A stretch of 44,310 nt of DNA from NCBI GenBank assembly GCA_963705915.1, contig OY970126.1:362306-406615 (forward strand). The letters run 5' to 3'. The stretch is from an uncultured bacterium. Its GTDB lineage: Bacteria > Patescibacteriota > Minisyncoccia > UBA6257 > 2-01-FULL-56-20. The notes beneath the pieces were generated by a model, which worked only from the letters and a program-made list of their open reading frames with translations, ran no database searches and had not been told where the DNA came from. Below are positions 33,320-41,771 of this stretch, piece by piece (position 1 is the stretch's first letter; each line of letters starts with the position of its first letter). The position numbers and the translations under genes are program-made.

Positions 33320-34339
33320 CTACTGCATTGCCTTCAGCACTTCGAGGTACATCTCCTCGACGATTTTTGCTTGGGTTTTTCCGGTCTTAACGTAATGGTC
33401 AAGGCCAGGCGCAGCGTTCACCTCAAGAATCCAATAGCGTTGAGGAGGTTGGGCGATGTCGCCGTTAACCATCAGATCAACACCACAGAGTCGGAGCCCC
33501 ATGTCGCGGGTAAGACGAATGGCGAGTTGCTTGAACGCAGGATGGATCGCGCGATTAACGTCCACAGCATCCCCGCCGGTAGAAAGATTCGCATTATCGA
33601 GCAAATAGACCCGATCGCCGCGAGGGATGACGGAACGCATGGCATATCCTTGCCGTTTCAAGTTTTCCGCTATCCGCTTGTCCTCGGCTCGGATGATGGT
33701 GTCGCGACCCGTTGCGACAAATTGCGCTTGCTTCCTGTCGAGCAGTTGCCGGACAGTCGATTTTCCATCACCTTCGACATTGAGCGCTATTCGTTCATAG
33801 GCAGAGATCACCCTTTCGTCGAGTACGACGACCCGATAATCTTTGCCGGGAACAGGCCGTTGCACAAGTGCCACGCGATCCCGTCTGAAAATTGCTCGCA
33901 TGGCTCGGTAAAACTCGCGTTTCGTGTGGACTTTTGCGACGGCAACTCCTTGGCTGCCGCTATTGGGTTTGACAATCACAGGAAAACCCATCTTCACCGC
34001 ATAGCGATATGCAGCGTTGATATCTCTCCGCGAATGGATGGCCCTGCTCCAATCGTTCGAGAAAAATGTTTTTCCCGGCACGGTCGGATAGCCCATCCGC
34101 TTCATGAAAAAATTGGCGTAGTCCTTGTCCTTTGCGATATCGGAAGCGCCAACGGGGTTGAGGTCGAGCGTTGAATAGCAAAAATAGCGTTTACGGCCAC
34201 TCTTGAAAGTGATCTGGCCGACGACGTTCCATTCCGGTTCTACAACGATCGTCGCACCGATCTTTGGGGCGATCTTCCGAAATATCTTCCCGAGCAGAGG
34301 CTCTTGCTTCTTTTTCATAGCTTTTGCCATACCTTTCAT
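33320..34339 (-). CDS. ATP-grasp ligase resembling the cyanophycin-synthetase N-terminal ATP-grasp domain
   Basis: VIVKPNSGSQGVAV, DYRVVVLDERVISAYER, NANLSTGGDAVDV, ILEVNAAPGLDHY. The exact start among the N-terminal Mets is uncertain. Confidence 0.75.
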   Translation of the reverse strand: MKGMAKAMKKKQEPLLGKIFRKIAPKIGATIVVEPEWNVVGQITFKSGRKRYFCYSTLDLNPVGASDIAKDKDYANFFMKRMGYPTVPGKTFFSNDWSRAIHSRRDINAAYRYAVKMGFPVIVKPNSGSQGVAVAKVHTKREFYRAMRAIFRRDRVALVQRPVPGKDYRVVVLDERVISAYERIALNVEGDGKSTVRQLLDRKQAQFVATGRDTIIRAEDKRIAENLKRQGYAMRSVIPRGDRVYLLDNANLSTGGDAVDVNRAIHPAFKQLAIRLTRDMGLRLCGVDLMVNGDIAQPPQRYWILEVNAAPGLDHYVKTGKTQAKIVEEMYLEVLKAMQ

Positions 34340-34468
34340 TGTATGACGTTTCCGAATTACTCGCGATAATTTAACACAATTTCATCTAAAAAGCAAAATG
34401 ATATGGATGACGAAATTGAGCATATCATAACCGAATTCGCTCAAGATAGACCGAAGATCACCGCGAGT

Positions 34469-35179
34469 TCAAGAAAAGAATGCTTCGGTATAGATTGCAT
34501 CCGCAGGCACTCCGCCTGCATGAAGGCCGCGCCAAAAGTCGCGGACAAAAGCGATGGCGCCGCAGATGAGAAATTCTGTTTTGTCGAAATGTTTGGCCTC
34601 GGCGAGGATATCATCCACGCACATCCTGCGATTTGTCATGCCCGCGCGAACGTTGCTTTCTCGCGTTATGAAATAATGCACCACAAAGTTTTGATGCGAC
34701 GCCTGGAGCTCGTCGAGTTCATTTTTGAAAACTATGTCGGCCATAGTTTCGCTCGTATAAAATAGTGCGATTTTTCTTATCGGATTTTTCCCGAGAGCGT
34801 CGCGGATGATGCTCCTAAACGGCGTAATACCAATACCGGCGGCAATCAACACGAGCTCGCTATTATTATCTTCGCTTGAAAAATATCCGTAGGGCAATGA
34901 AGCGGTGATGCTATCCTGAGGGTGCAATGCGCAAAGCCGATTTGAAAACTCCCCGATGGCGCGCACCGTAATGGAGATCGATGATTCTTTTGGGTCGCTC
35001 GACATGCTATAGGCTTTGCCCTCGGCAACGCCGCTACCGGGAAAATAAACGGTGATGAATTGCCCGGCTATAAAATGAGGAATGCCGCCTCTTGCGAGAG
35101 CAAGCGTGAGTGTGAAAACACCGGGAGCTTCGGCTGTTTTTTTGAGTACGACGTATTGCTCCTTAATTTCATTCTGCAT
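34469..35179 (-). CDS. ferredoxin/flavodoxin-NAD(P)+ reductase-like flavoprotein (two-domain FNR fold, no Fe-S domain)
   Basis: Start trimmed to MQNEIKEQY (ATG 35179, 11-nt overlap with nifU). KAYSMSS (R/KxYS FAD motif), LIAAGIGITPF (NAD(P) motif). Confidence 0.75.
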   Translation of the reverse strand: MQNEIKEQYVVLKKTAEAPGVFTLTLALARGGIPHFIAGQFITVYFPGSGVAEGKAYSMSSDPKESSISITVRAIGEFSNRLCALHPQDSITASLPYGYFSSEDNNSELVLIAAGIGITPFRSIIRDALGKNPIRKIALFYTSETMADIVFKNELDELQASHQNFVVHYFITRESNVRAGMTNRRMCVDDILAEAKHFDKTEFLICGAIAFVRDFWRGLHAGGVPADAIYTEAFFS

Positions 35180-35609
35180 GACTCTTTTGATAATCCTCGA
35201 TCGCTTCTCGAAGCGCCAGGTGGCCAAGCACCGAGCAATGATATTTCCGGTCGGGCAAACCGCCAAGGCGATCGATGATCGCTTCCGGTGTCATTCGCCT
35301 CGCTTTTGCGAGTGTCATGCCTCCTTGTTCCGTGGCCATGAGGGACATCATGGATGTTGAAGCGATGGCCGATGCGCAGCCAAATGTGCGCCACTTGCAT
35401 TCAGTGATTCGTTTTGTCGACTGATCAACTTTAATCCAAACCGCCATCACGTCGCCGCACGCAGGACTGCCAACCACGCCAATGCCGTCGGCAACGTAGT
35501 TGGCGTCATCGAGAAGAAGATTTTGTGGATGGAAAAAGTGCTCTTTTACCACAGGGCTATAGAGCCAGTTTTCTCCGTCGCATGCATTATTTTTTTGTCT
35601 ATTGCTCAT
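35169..35609 (-). CDS. nifU: NifU/IscU-type Fe-S cluster scaffold
   Basis: GSPACGDVM...FGCASAIASTS...HCSVLG, the three-Cys scaffold signature. Confidence 0.88.
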   Translation of the reverse strand: MSNRQKNNACDGENWLYSPVVKEHFFHPQNLLLDDANYVADGIGVVGSPACGDVMAVWIKVDQSTKRITECKWRTFGCASAIASTSMMSLMATEQGGMTLAKARRMTPEAIIDRLGGLPDRKYHCSVLGHLALREAIEDYQKSHAE

Positions 35610-36808
35610 GGGGTGGCTAATGTCAGGGCAGATATTGTCGTCAGCCGTTCGACAATCGGCGGGAAAACCTCAAGGAGATAGTCCAGGTCTTCCTTTGTGG
35701 TGTCGCGGCCCAGTGAAAAACGAATACTGCCGTGAGCCAACTCCTCAAGTTGGCCGATCGCAAGCAATACGTGCGACGGCTTGAGATCTTTCGCCGAACA
35801 AGCGGAACCCGTGGAAGCCTCTATGCCTAACGCATCAAGCATGAGGAGTATGGATTCCCCTTCTATGTGGGGGATGGAAATGTTTATGTTATTTGGCGAG
35901 CGCCAGGCGGGATGGCCGTTTAAAACCATGTTCGGAATTTTTTTGCGAAGTTCGTCAATCAAATAATCTCGCAACGCAGTTAATCGCACGGACTCAGTGG
36001 CGCGAATGCCATTGGCGTTCACGAGAGCTTCTCCAAAGCCAACGATGAGCGGCACGCTTTCGGTCCCGGCACGCAGATTATTCTCTTGGCCGCCGCCGAT
36101 GATCACGGGCGATATGGCAACGCCGCTTTTCTTGTAAAGCATCCCTATGCCTTTTGGTCCATAGATCTTCGAACTGTTGAGCGTCATGAGGTCAACGCCG
36201 AGCTCTTGAACGTTGAGCGACAAAAATCCGGCCGCCTGCGAAGCGTCGGTATGCAAAAGTGGAAACGGCTGGCCACCGCGCGCTTCTCTGATCGCGGCGG
36301 ACAAAGATTCCATCGGCTGTACGGTGCCAATTTCATTATTGACGTACATCACGGAAACTAAAATGGTTTCTCGGCGCACCATCGTGCGCAGTGCATCAAG
36401 ATTCGCAACGCCAAAATGGTCAACGGGCAAAATGCTCACCGCGAAACCTTCTTTCTCGAGTTGTTTTGCCGCCTCAAGGGTTGCCTTGTGCTCGATGGCA
36501 GAAACAATCACGTGATTTCCGTGCGCGCGATTTGCCCGCGCGGCTCCCATGATGGCAAGGTTATCTGATTCCGTTCCCGAACCGGTAAAAATTATTTCTT
36601 CAGGCTTGGCGTTTATCACCCCCGCTACCCGAATCTTCGTGTCAAAAATAACTTGCGCAGCACGCCTGCCGCTTGCATATAAAGAAGATGGGTTGCCGTA
36701 CGCGATGTCGAAATACGGCTCCATCATCTGGATCACACGCGGGTCGGTTGGGGTTGCAGCGGCATAATCGAGATATATGGTTTTATCGGACTTCGCAGTA
36801 TGTGACAT
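35606..36808 (-). CDS. nifS: class I cysteine desulfurase (NifS/IscS type)
   Basis: Start trimmed to MSHTAKSDKTIYLDYAAATP. SSKIYGPKGIG (PLP Lys), STGSACSA (catalytic Cys loop). 4-nt overlap with nifU. Confidence 0.9.
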   Translation of the reverse strand: MSHTAKSDKTIYLDYAAATPTDPRVIQMMEPYFDIAYGNPSSLYASGRRAAQVIFDTKIRVAGVINAKPEEIIFTGSGTESDNLAIMGAARANRAHGNHVIVSAIEHKATLEAAKQLEKEGFAVSILPVDHFGVANLDALRTMVRRETILVSVMYVNNEIGTVQPMESLSAAIREARGGQPFPLLHTDASQAAGFLSLNVQELGVDLMTLNSSKIYGPKGIGMLYKKSGVAISPVIIGGGQENNLRAGTESVPLIVGFGEALVNANGIRATESVRLTALRDYLIDELRKKIPNMVLNGHPAWRSPNNINISIPHIEGESILLMLDALGIEASTGSACSAKDLKPSHVLLAIGQLEELAHGSIRFSLGRDTTKEDLDYLLEVFPPIVERLTTISALTLATP

Positions 36809-37475
36809 AGTGATGTAACACCTTTCGCAACGCAGCAAATTCTTCGTCGCTATACGTTGTTTTTCTTTTGAATTGCGGATTGAGCAAAGATTTTGAGGGG
36901 ACAAATTTTTGGAGATAATATCGCCGGGCTCCCTGGATTTCCCTGCCCATCTCCTCGATGTCTTCCGGTGAAAGCATCGACTTCACAACCGTGGTCCTGA
37001 ACTCATAGAGCACCGGTGACGCGATGATGAGCCGAATACTCTTCTCTATCGCTAAAACGTCCGCCGGCCGAGCCACCGTTGCGCTATATTTCGCGAGAGG
37101 CGCCTTTATATCCATGGCGATATAATCCACGAGACGCCGATCGATCGCCTTCTTTAACACCTTGGGATTCGTGCCGTTGGTATCGAGCTTCACCAAAAAT
37201 CCCCGCCTTTTAACTTTTGCCATAAACCGAAGCAGGTCATCGCCGTGTATGGTCGGCTCGCCGCCCGTAATCACAACACCGTCCAAAAATCCTCGCTTGC
37301 GCTCAAGCAAGGCAAAGACTTCCTCTTCTTGAATCCTTGTTTCAATCGTCTCATCAACAAGTCCGGGATTATGACAATACGGACATCTGAAATTGCAGCC
37401 GATCGTATACACGACGCAGGCAATTTTGCCGGGAAAATCGATAAGCGTCATTTTTTCGATGCCTCCAAAGACCAT
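36783..37475 (-). CDS. nrdG: anaerobic ribonucleotide reductase activating protein (radical SAM)
   Basis: Start at ATG 37475, 2 nt after the nrdD stop. IGCNFRCPYCHN cluster motif, VITGGEPT. Confidence 0.88.
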   Translation of the reverse strand: MVFGGIEKMTLIDFPGKIACVVYTIGCNFRCPYCHNPGLVDETIETRIQEEEVFALLERKRGFLDGVVITGGEPTIHGDDLLRFMAKVKRRGFLVKLDTNGTNPKVLKKAIDRRLVDYIAMDIKAPLAKYSATVARPADVLAIEKSIRLIIASPVLYEFRTTVVKSMLSPEDIEEMGREIQGARRYYLQKFVPSKSLLNPQFKRKTTYSDEEFAALRKVLHHYVTYCEVR

Positions 37476-37477
37476 GG

Positions 37478-39628
37478 TTACGAAGTGGATTCTACTTTTT
37501 TCGCGACGACTGGTTCGAATTTCTTTCGTAAAGAAAACTCCGCTTGCTTGCCGGCATTCCATTGGCCCACCGGACGGAGATAACCAACGATGCGTGAATA
37601 CACTTCGCACTCGCCGTGGCATTCCGGACAAGAAAAATGTTCTCCCGTGATATAGCCGTGACTGCGACATACGCTAAACGTCGGCGTGAGCGTGAAATAC
37701 GGCAAGCGATAGTTTTCACAAATCTTTTTCACGAGCATGGGAACGGCTGCCGCATCCGCAATGCGTTCGCCCAGAAATACGTGAATCACGGTGCCGCCCG
37801 TGTACTTTGTTTGGAGGTTATCCTGAATGTCCAATACTTCCACAATGTCGTCGCTATAATACACCGGCAGCTGTGATGAATTCGTGTAGAACGGCTGGGC
37901 GCCGGCGGCATATTCTGCTTCATTCGCAACGATGATGTCCGGATAGAGTTCCTTATCTTTCAATGCCAGACGATACGCGGTTCCTTCGGCTGGCGTCGCT
38001 TCGAGGTTGTAGAGGTTGCCGGTCTCTTTTTGATATTTGATGAGCCGTGCTCGCATGTGGGTGAGCACATCGGATGCAAATGCTTGGCCGGTTTCCGTGC
38101 CGATGTTTTCACCGAATAAATTGAGCGCGGCTTCATTCATGCCGATAAGACCAATCGTGGAAAAATGGTTTTTCCAATACTCGCCGTAATTCGCCTTGAT
38201 ATTCCTCAGATAGAATTTCGTGTACGGATAAAGGTTGGCATCCGTGAGCCGCTCGAGCATCTTACGTTTAATTTCCAAACTATCGCGGGCGATGTCCATC
38301 GCTTCATCGAGCCGCTTTAAAAAGTCTTTTTTGAGGATCGCGGGATCGCTCTCCCCTGATAAGGCCCGGTTGGCACGATATCCCAGACGCGGCAGGTTTA
38401 TCGTCACGACGCCCACGGAACCCGTGAGGGCGTTTGCGCCGAAAAGACCGCCGCCGCGCTTGTCGAGCTCTTCAAGATCGAGCCGCAGGCGACAGCACAT
38501 TGAACGTGTGTCTTCCGGCTTCATATCCGAATTGATGAAATTGCTGAAATACGGAATCCCATATTTTGCCGTGATCTCCCACAATCCTTTCAGATTGGGA
38601 TTCTCCCAGTTGAAATCCTTGGTCACATTCACGGTGGGAATCGGGAATGTGAATACCCGGCCGGAGGAATCGCCTGCCGCCATCACTTCGAAAAATGCGT
38701 TGTTCACCATGTCCATCTCCGCTTGAAACTCGCCGTACGTCTCCTTTTGCGGCTGGCCGCCGATGATCACCGGCTGGTTTTTAAAGTTCGGGGATGGCGT
38801 GAGGTCGAGCGTGATATTAGAAAACGGCGTCTGAAAACCCACGCGCGTCGGGACGTTCATATTAAAGATGAACTCCTGCATGTATTGCCTCACCTGTTTG
38901 TAGGAAAGATGATCGTAACGGATGAATGGCGCGATGAGCGTATCGAAGTTCGAAAACGCGACGGCGCCCGCGGCTTCGCCCTGGAGGGTATAGATGAAAT
39001 TTACAATCTGCCCGAGCGCAGTCTGAAGGTGCTTCGGAGGTGCGGACTCGATTTTGTCCGCAACGCCGCGGAATCCTTCGGTCAACAAATCCATAAGATC
39101 CCAACCGACGCAATACACGGCAATCGTACCGAGATCGTGCAAGTGCAAATCCCCGTTCTCATATGCACGCCGCACTTCGATCGGATAAATTTTGTTAAGC
39201 CAATAGGTCTTACTCACCTCGGAAGCGATATAATTGTTCAAACCCTGGAGCGAATACCCCATATTGCTGTTTTCTTTCACCTGCCAATCAAGTTTGCCAA
39301 GATAATTATCCACGAGACCGAGCGACATAGCTGTTGCGAAGGCGCGCATCTCGGTGTGCTGTTCGCGATATAAAATGTAGGCCTTCGCGGTTTGCTTATA
39401 TCGCGACCTCATGAGGACTTTCTCAACGGCATCTTGGATGTCCTCAACATGCGGCGGTGTGGCGCCGAGCTTCCCCTCGATGCACCCGATAACCTGCTTT
39501 GTGAGAGCCTCCGCTTCACGATCCCTGAATTCCCCTGTGGCCTTGCCGGCTTTCGCGATCGCTGCGGTTATTTTCGACCGCTCGAAAACGTCCTCCTTGT
39601 CGTTTCGTTTTATAACTTTTTTTATCAT
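37478..39628 (-). CDS. nrdD: anaerobic ribonucleoside-triphosphate reductase
   Basis: 716 aa with N-terminal ATP-cone. C-terminal Zn site CPECHGEC and glycyl-radical motif SRIVGYLRPV. Confidence 0.95.
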   Translation of the reverse strand: MIKKVIKRNDKEDVFERSKITAAIAKAGKATGEFRDREAEALTKQVIGCIEGKLGATPPHVEDIQDAVEKVLMRSRYKQTAKAYILYREQHTEMRAFATAMSLGLVDNYLGKLDWQVKENSNMGYSLQGLNNYIASEVSKTYWLNKIYPIEVRRAYENGDLHLHDLGTIAVYCVGWDLMDLLTEGFRGVADKIESAPPKHLQTALGQIVNFIYTLQGEAAGAVAFSNFDTLIAPFIRYDHLSYKQVRQYMQEFIFNMNVPTRVGFQTPFSNITLDLTPSPNFKNQPVIIGGQPQKETYGEFQAEMDMVNNAFFEVMAAGDSSGRVFTFPIPTVNVTKDFNWENPNLKGLWEITAKYGIPYFSNFINSDMKPEDTRSMCCRLRLDLEELDKRGGGLFGANALTGSVGVVTINLPRLGYRANRALSGESDPAILKKDFLKRLDEAMDIARDSLEIKRKMLERLTDANLYPYTKFYLRNIKANYGEYWKNHFSTIGLIGMNEAALNLFGENIGTETGQAFASDVLTHMRARLIKYQKETGNLYNLEATPAEGTAYRLALKDKELYPDIIVANEAEYAAGAQPFYTNSSQLPVYYSDDIVEVLDIQDNLQTKYTGGTVIHVFLGERIADAAAVPMLVKKICENYRLPYFTLTPTFSVCRSHGYITGEHFSCPECHGECEVYSRIVGYLRPVGQWNAGKQAEFSLRKKFEPVVAKKVESTS

Positions 39629-39636
39629 GGTGACTT

Positions 39637-40731
39637 TTATATGGTTTCTTTTCCGACCGCTTCGCTTATATTCGAGTATCCGTCGCGCCTCATAAGTTCC
39701 ACCAGCCCTTTATTGATTTGTTTCACCACCTGCGGGCCGCCGTAGATGAGACCGGTAATGATCTGCACAAGCGATGCCCCGGCCTTGATCTTTTCGTACG
39801 CATCTTCGGCGGTGAATATTCCGCCGAGGCCGATGATGATGTATTTCCCTTTTGTTTTTCTGTAGATATGCCGAATCAAATTGGTAGAAATTTCTTGGAG
39901 AGGCTTGCCGGAAATCCCGCCCTGCGGGATGATATTCAACTTCTCAGGGGATGACGTGAGATGGAGAATGTCGCGGCGCTTCGAAAGATTGCCGACCACA
40001 AAACCATCCACAAAAGAATATTTTTTGACCACGGCTATAATTGCATCCGCTTCTTCCGCGGTGAGATGCGTTGAGAGCTTGAGAAACATCGGGCATACTT
40101 TTTTTTCTTTTTCGAATGCAGCGAGCAATGAGTCGAGCAATGTCGGATCCTGGAATGTGCACCCGTCTTGGGCGTTCGGACAGGAGATGTTCAACGTGAC
40201 GTAGGAAAAGTGATGGGCCAACATCCGATAGGTCTCGACGTAATCCTCTATTGACTTCTCACCCTTGATGTCCGCCCGGTTGGTCTTTGCAATGTTCAAG
40301 CCCACGGGGAATGTAAACTTGAGATGTCGCAGCTTGCTCTCGATCGCGTCGGCGCCAATGCTCTTCAGACCATAATTAACGATGAGCGACTGATCGCTCG
40401 GCAACCGCGCAAGCCGCAATCCGGAATTTCCTTCGTAGGGAAATCGCGTGACGGCGCCGGCCTCCATGAAACCAAACCCAACCGATGGCATGATTCTCGT
40501 GAGCGTGACATCTTTATCAAATCCGGCGGCGAGACCGACGGGATTTTTGAAACGAATGCCCGCAACATGCACAACGAGCGCTGGGTTCGTATAGGAACAG
40601 AACCATGCGGTGACATGCCTACCCCACATGAAATTTCCGAGCGTATGTCCAAGCTCAACAAAAAAATCATGGATGTCCTCGGGGTCGAAGCGAAACAGAA
40701 CAGGTTTTATAATATTTTCATATATGGTCAT
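39637..40731 (-). CDS. pyrD: dihydroorotate dehydrogenase, class-2-like architecture but Cys active-site base
   Basis: Start trimmed to MTIYENIIKPVLFRFDPEDIH. GFGFMEAGAVT, LNISCPNA, GGISGKPL, IIGLGGI, GASLVQIITGLIYGGP. Confidence 0.88.
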   Translation of the reverse strand: MTIYENIIKPVLFRFDPEDIHDFFVELGHTLGNFMWGRHVTAWFCSYTNPALVVHVAGIRFKNPVGLAAGFDKDVTLTRIMPSVGFGFMEAGAVTRFPYEGNSGLRLARLPSDQSLIVNYGLKSIGADAIESKLRHLKFTFPVGLNIAKTNRADIKGEKSIEDYVETYRMLAHHFSYVTLNISCPNAQDGCTFQDPTLLDSLLAAFEKEKKVCPMFLKLSTHLTAEEADAIIAVVKKYSFVDGFVVGNLSKRRDILHLTSSPEKLNIIPQGGISGKPLQEISTNLIRHIYRKTKGKYIIIGLGGIFTAEDAYEKIKAGASLVQIITGLIYGGPQVVKQINKGLVELMRRDGYSNISEAVGKETI

Positions 40732-41033
40732 CCTTGAGATGGCGATGAGGTTCCTTCGTTGAAAGAACCTCATCGTTGTTCAGGGTCTGGCAAAACATAA
40801 AAGACGTGTTCCTTGCTTGTGTTCGACATCGTTGGCTGGTTGTCGATGCTAAAACGCCAGACCCTGTAATCATTGTCTTCTCATTCGCGAGCAAGACCAC
40901 AAGAACGGACCGTCTATGCTGCGCTATACCAAAAAGCCCTTATTTCAAAAGGGTTTTCTCGCCTGGCAACCGGCGACACTCCCGCCGCCGAATTTTCCAA
41001 ATGTGATACACTAATCGTAAATCGTACGAAACC

Positions 41034-41771
41034 ATGCACCTGCGTGCCGTCATCGAACAACTCGGCTATTCCCCCCATGAGGTGGCCGTATATCTTGCCG
41101 CGTTGGAATTGGGCGGCAGCACCGTAACCGAGATTGCCGCGAAAGCAAAACTGCCGCGGACCACGGTGAATCTTGTAATCCGATCGCTCCAAAAAAAGGG
41201 ACTCATGAATGCGTTCCTCAAACAGCGACGGCAAATCTGGGCGGCGGAAAATCCGGAGAAACTCGTGATCGCGCTCAAGGAGAGCGAAGCTGCTTTGAAG
41301 ATTGTCTTGCCGGAACTCCAATCGTTGCGCCACGATACCGGCGTGAAACCGACCGTGCGGACCTATGGCGGAGCACAGGAGATACGGCAAATCATGAATG
41401 ACATTTTGGAATCCAAGCATCACATCTCGGCGATGCTCGCCTGGGACGACTGGACAAATCTGCTCGGGGCGTCGTATCTCGAGGATTTTATCGAAACCCG
41501 CTACCGCCATTATTTGCGCATCAGATTACTCACGCCAAAATCAAAGGCGGCGGTCGCGCTCAAACAGAAAGATAATCAAGAACTTCGCATCACGCAGTTT
41601 CTTCCCGAAACCATATCGATTACCAACGCCAATTTTATCTACGCGAACAAGGTTGCGATCATCTCGCTCAACAAAAAACGGCCGGTGGGCATACTCATCG
41701 AAGACGCAGATATCCACCACACGATGGAGGTTCTTTTTGAAGGCCTGTGGCGGCAAAGCGGTGGCGCCTAG
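41034..41771 (+). CDS. TrmB-family transcriptional regulator
   Basis: N-terminal wHTH LGYSPHEVAVYLAALELGGSTVTEIAAKAKLPRTTVNLVIRSLQKKGLM. Confidence 0.8.
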   Translation: MHLRAVIEQLGYSPHEVAVYLAALELGGSTVTEIAAKAKLPRTTVNLVIRSLQKKGLMNAFLKQRRQIWAAENPEKLVIALKESEAALKIVLPELQSLRHDTGVKPTVRTYGGAQEIRQIMNDILESKHHISAMLAWDDWTNLLGASYLEDFIETRYRHYLRIRLLTPKSKAAVALKQKDNQELRITQFLPETISITNANFIYANKVAIISLNKKRPVGILIEDADIHHTMEVLFEGLWRQSGGA

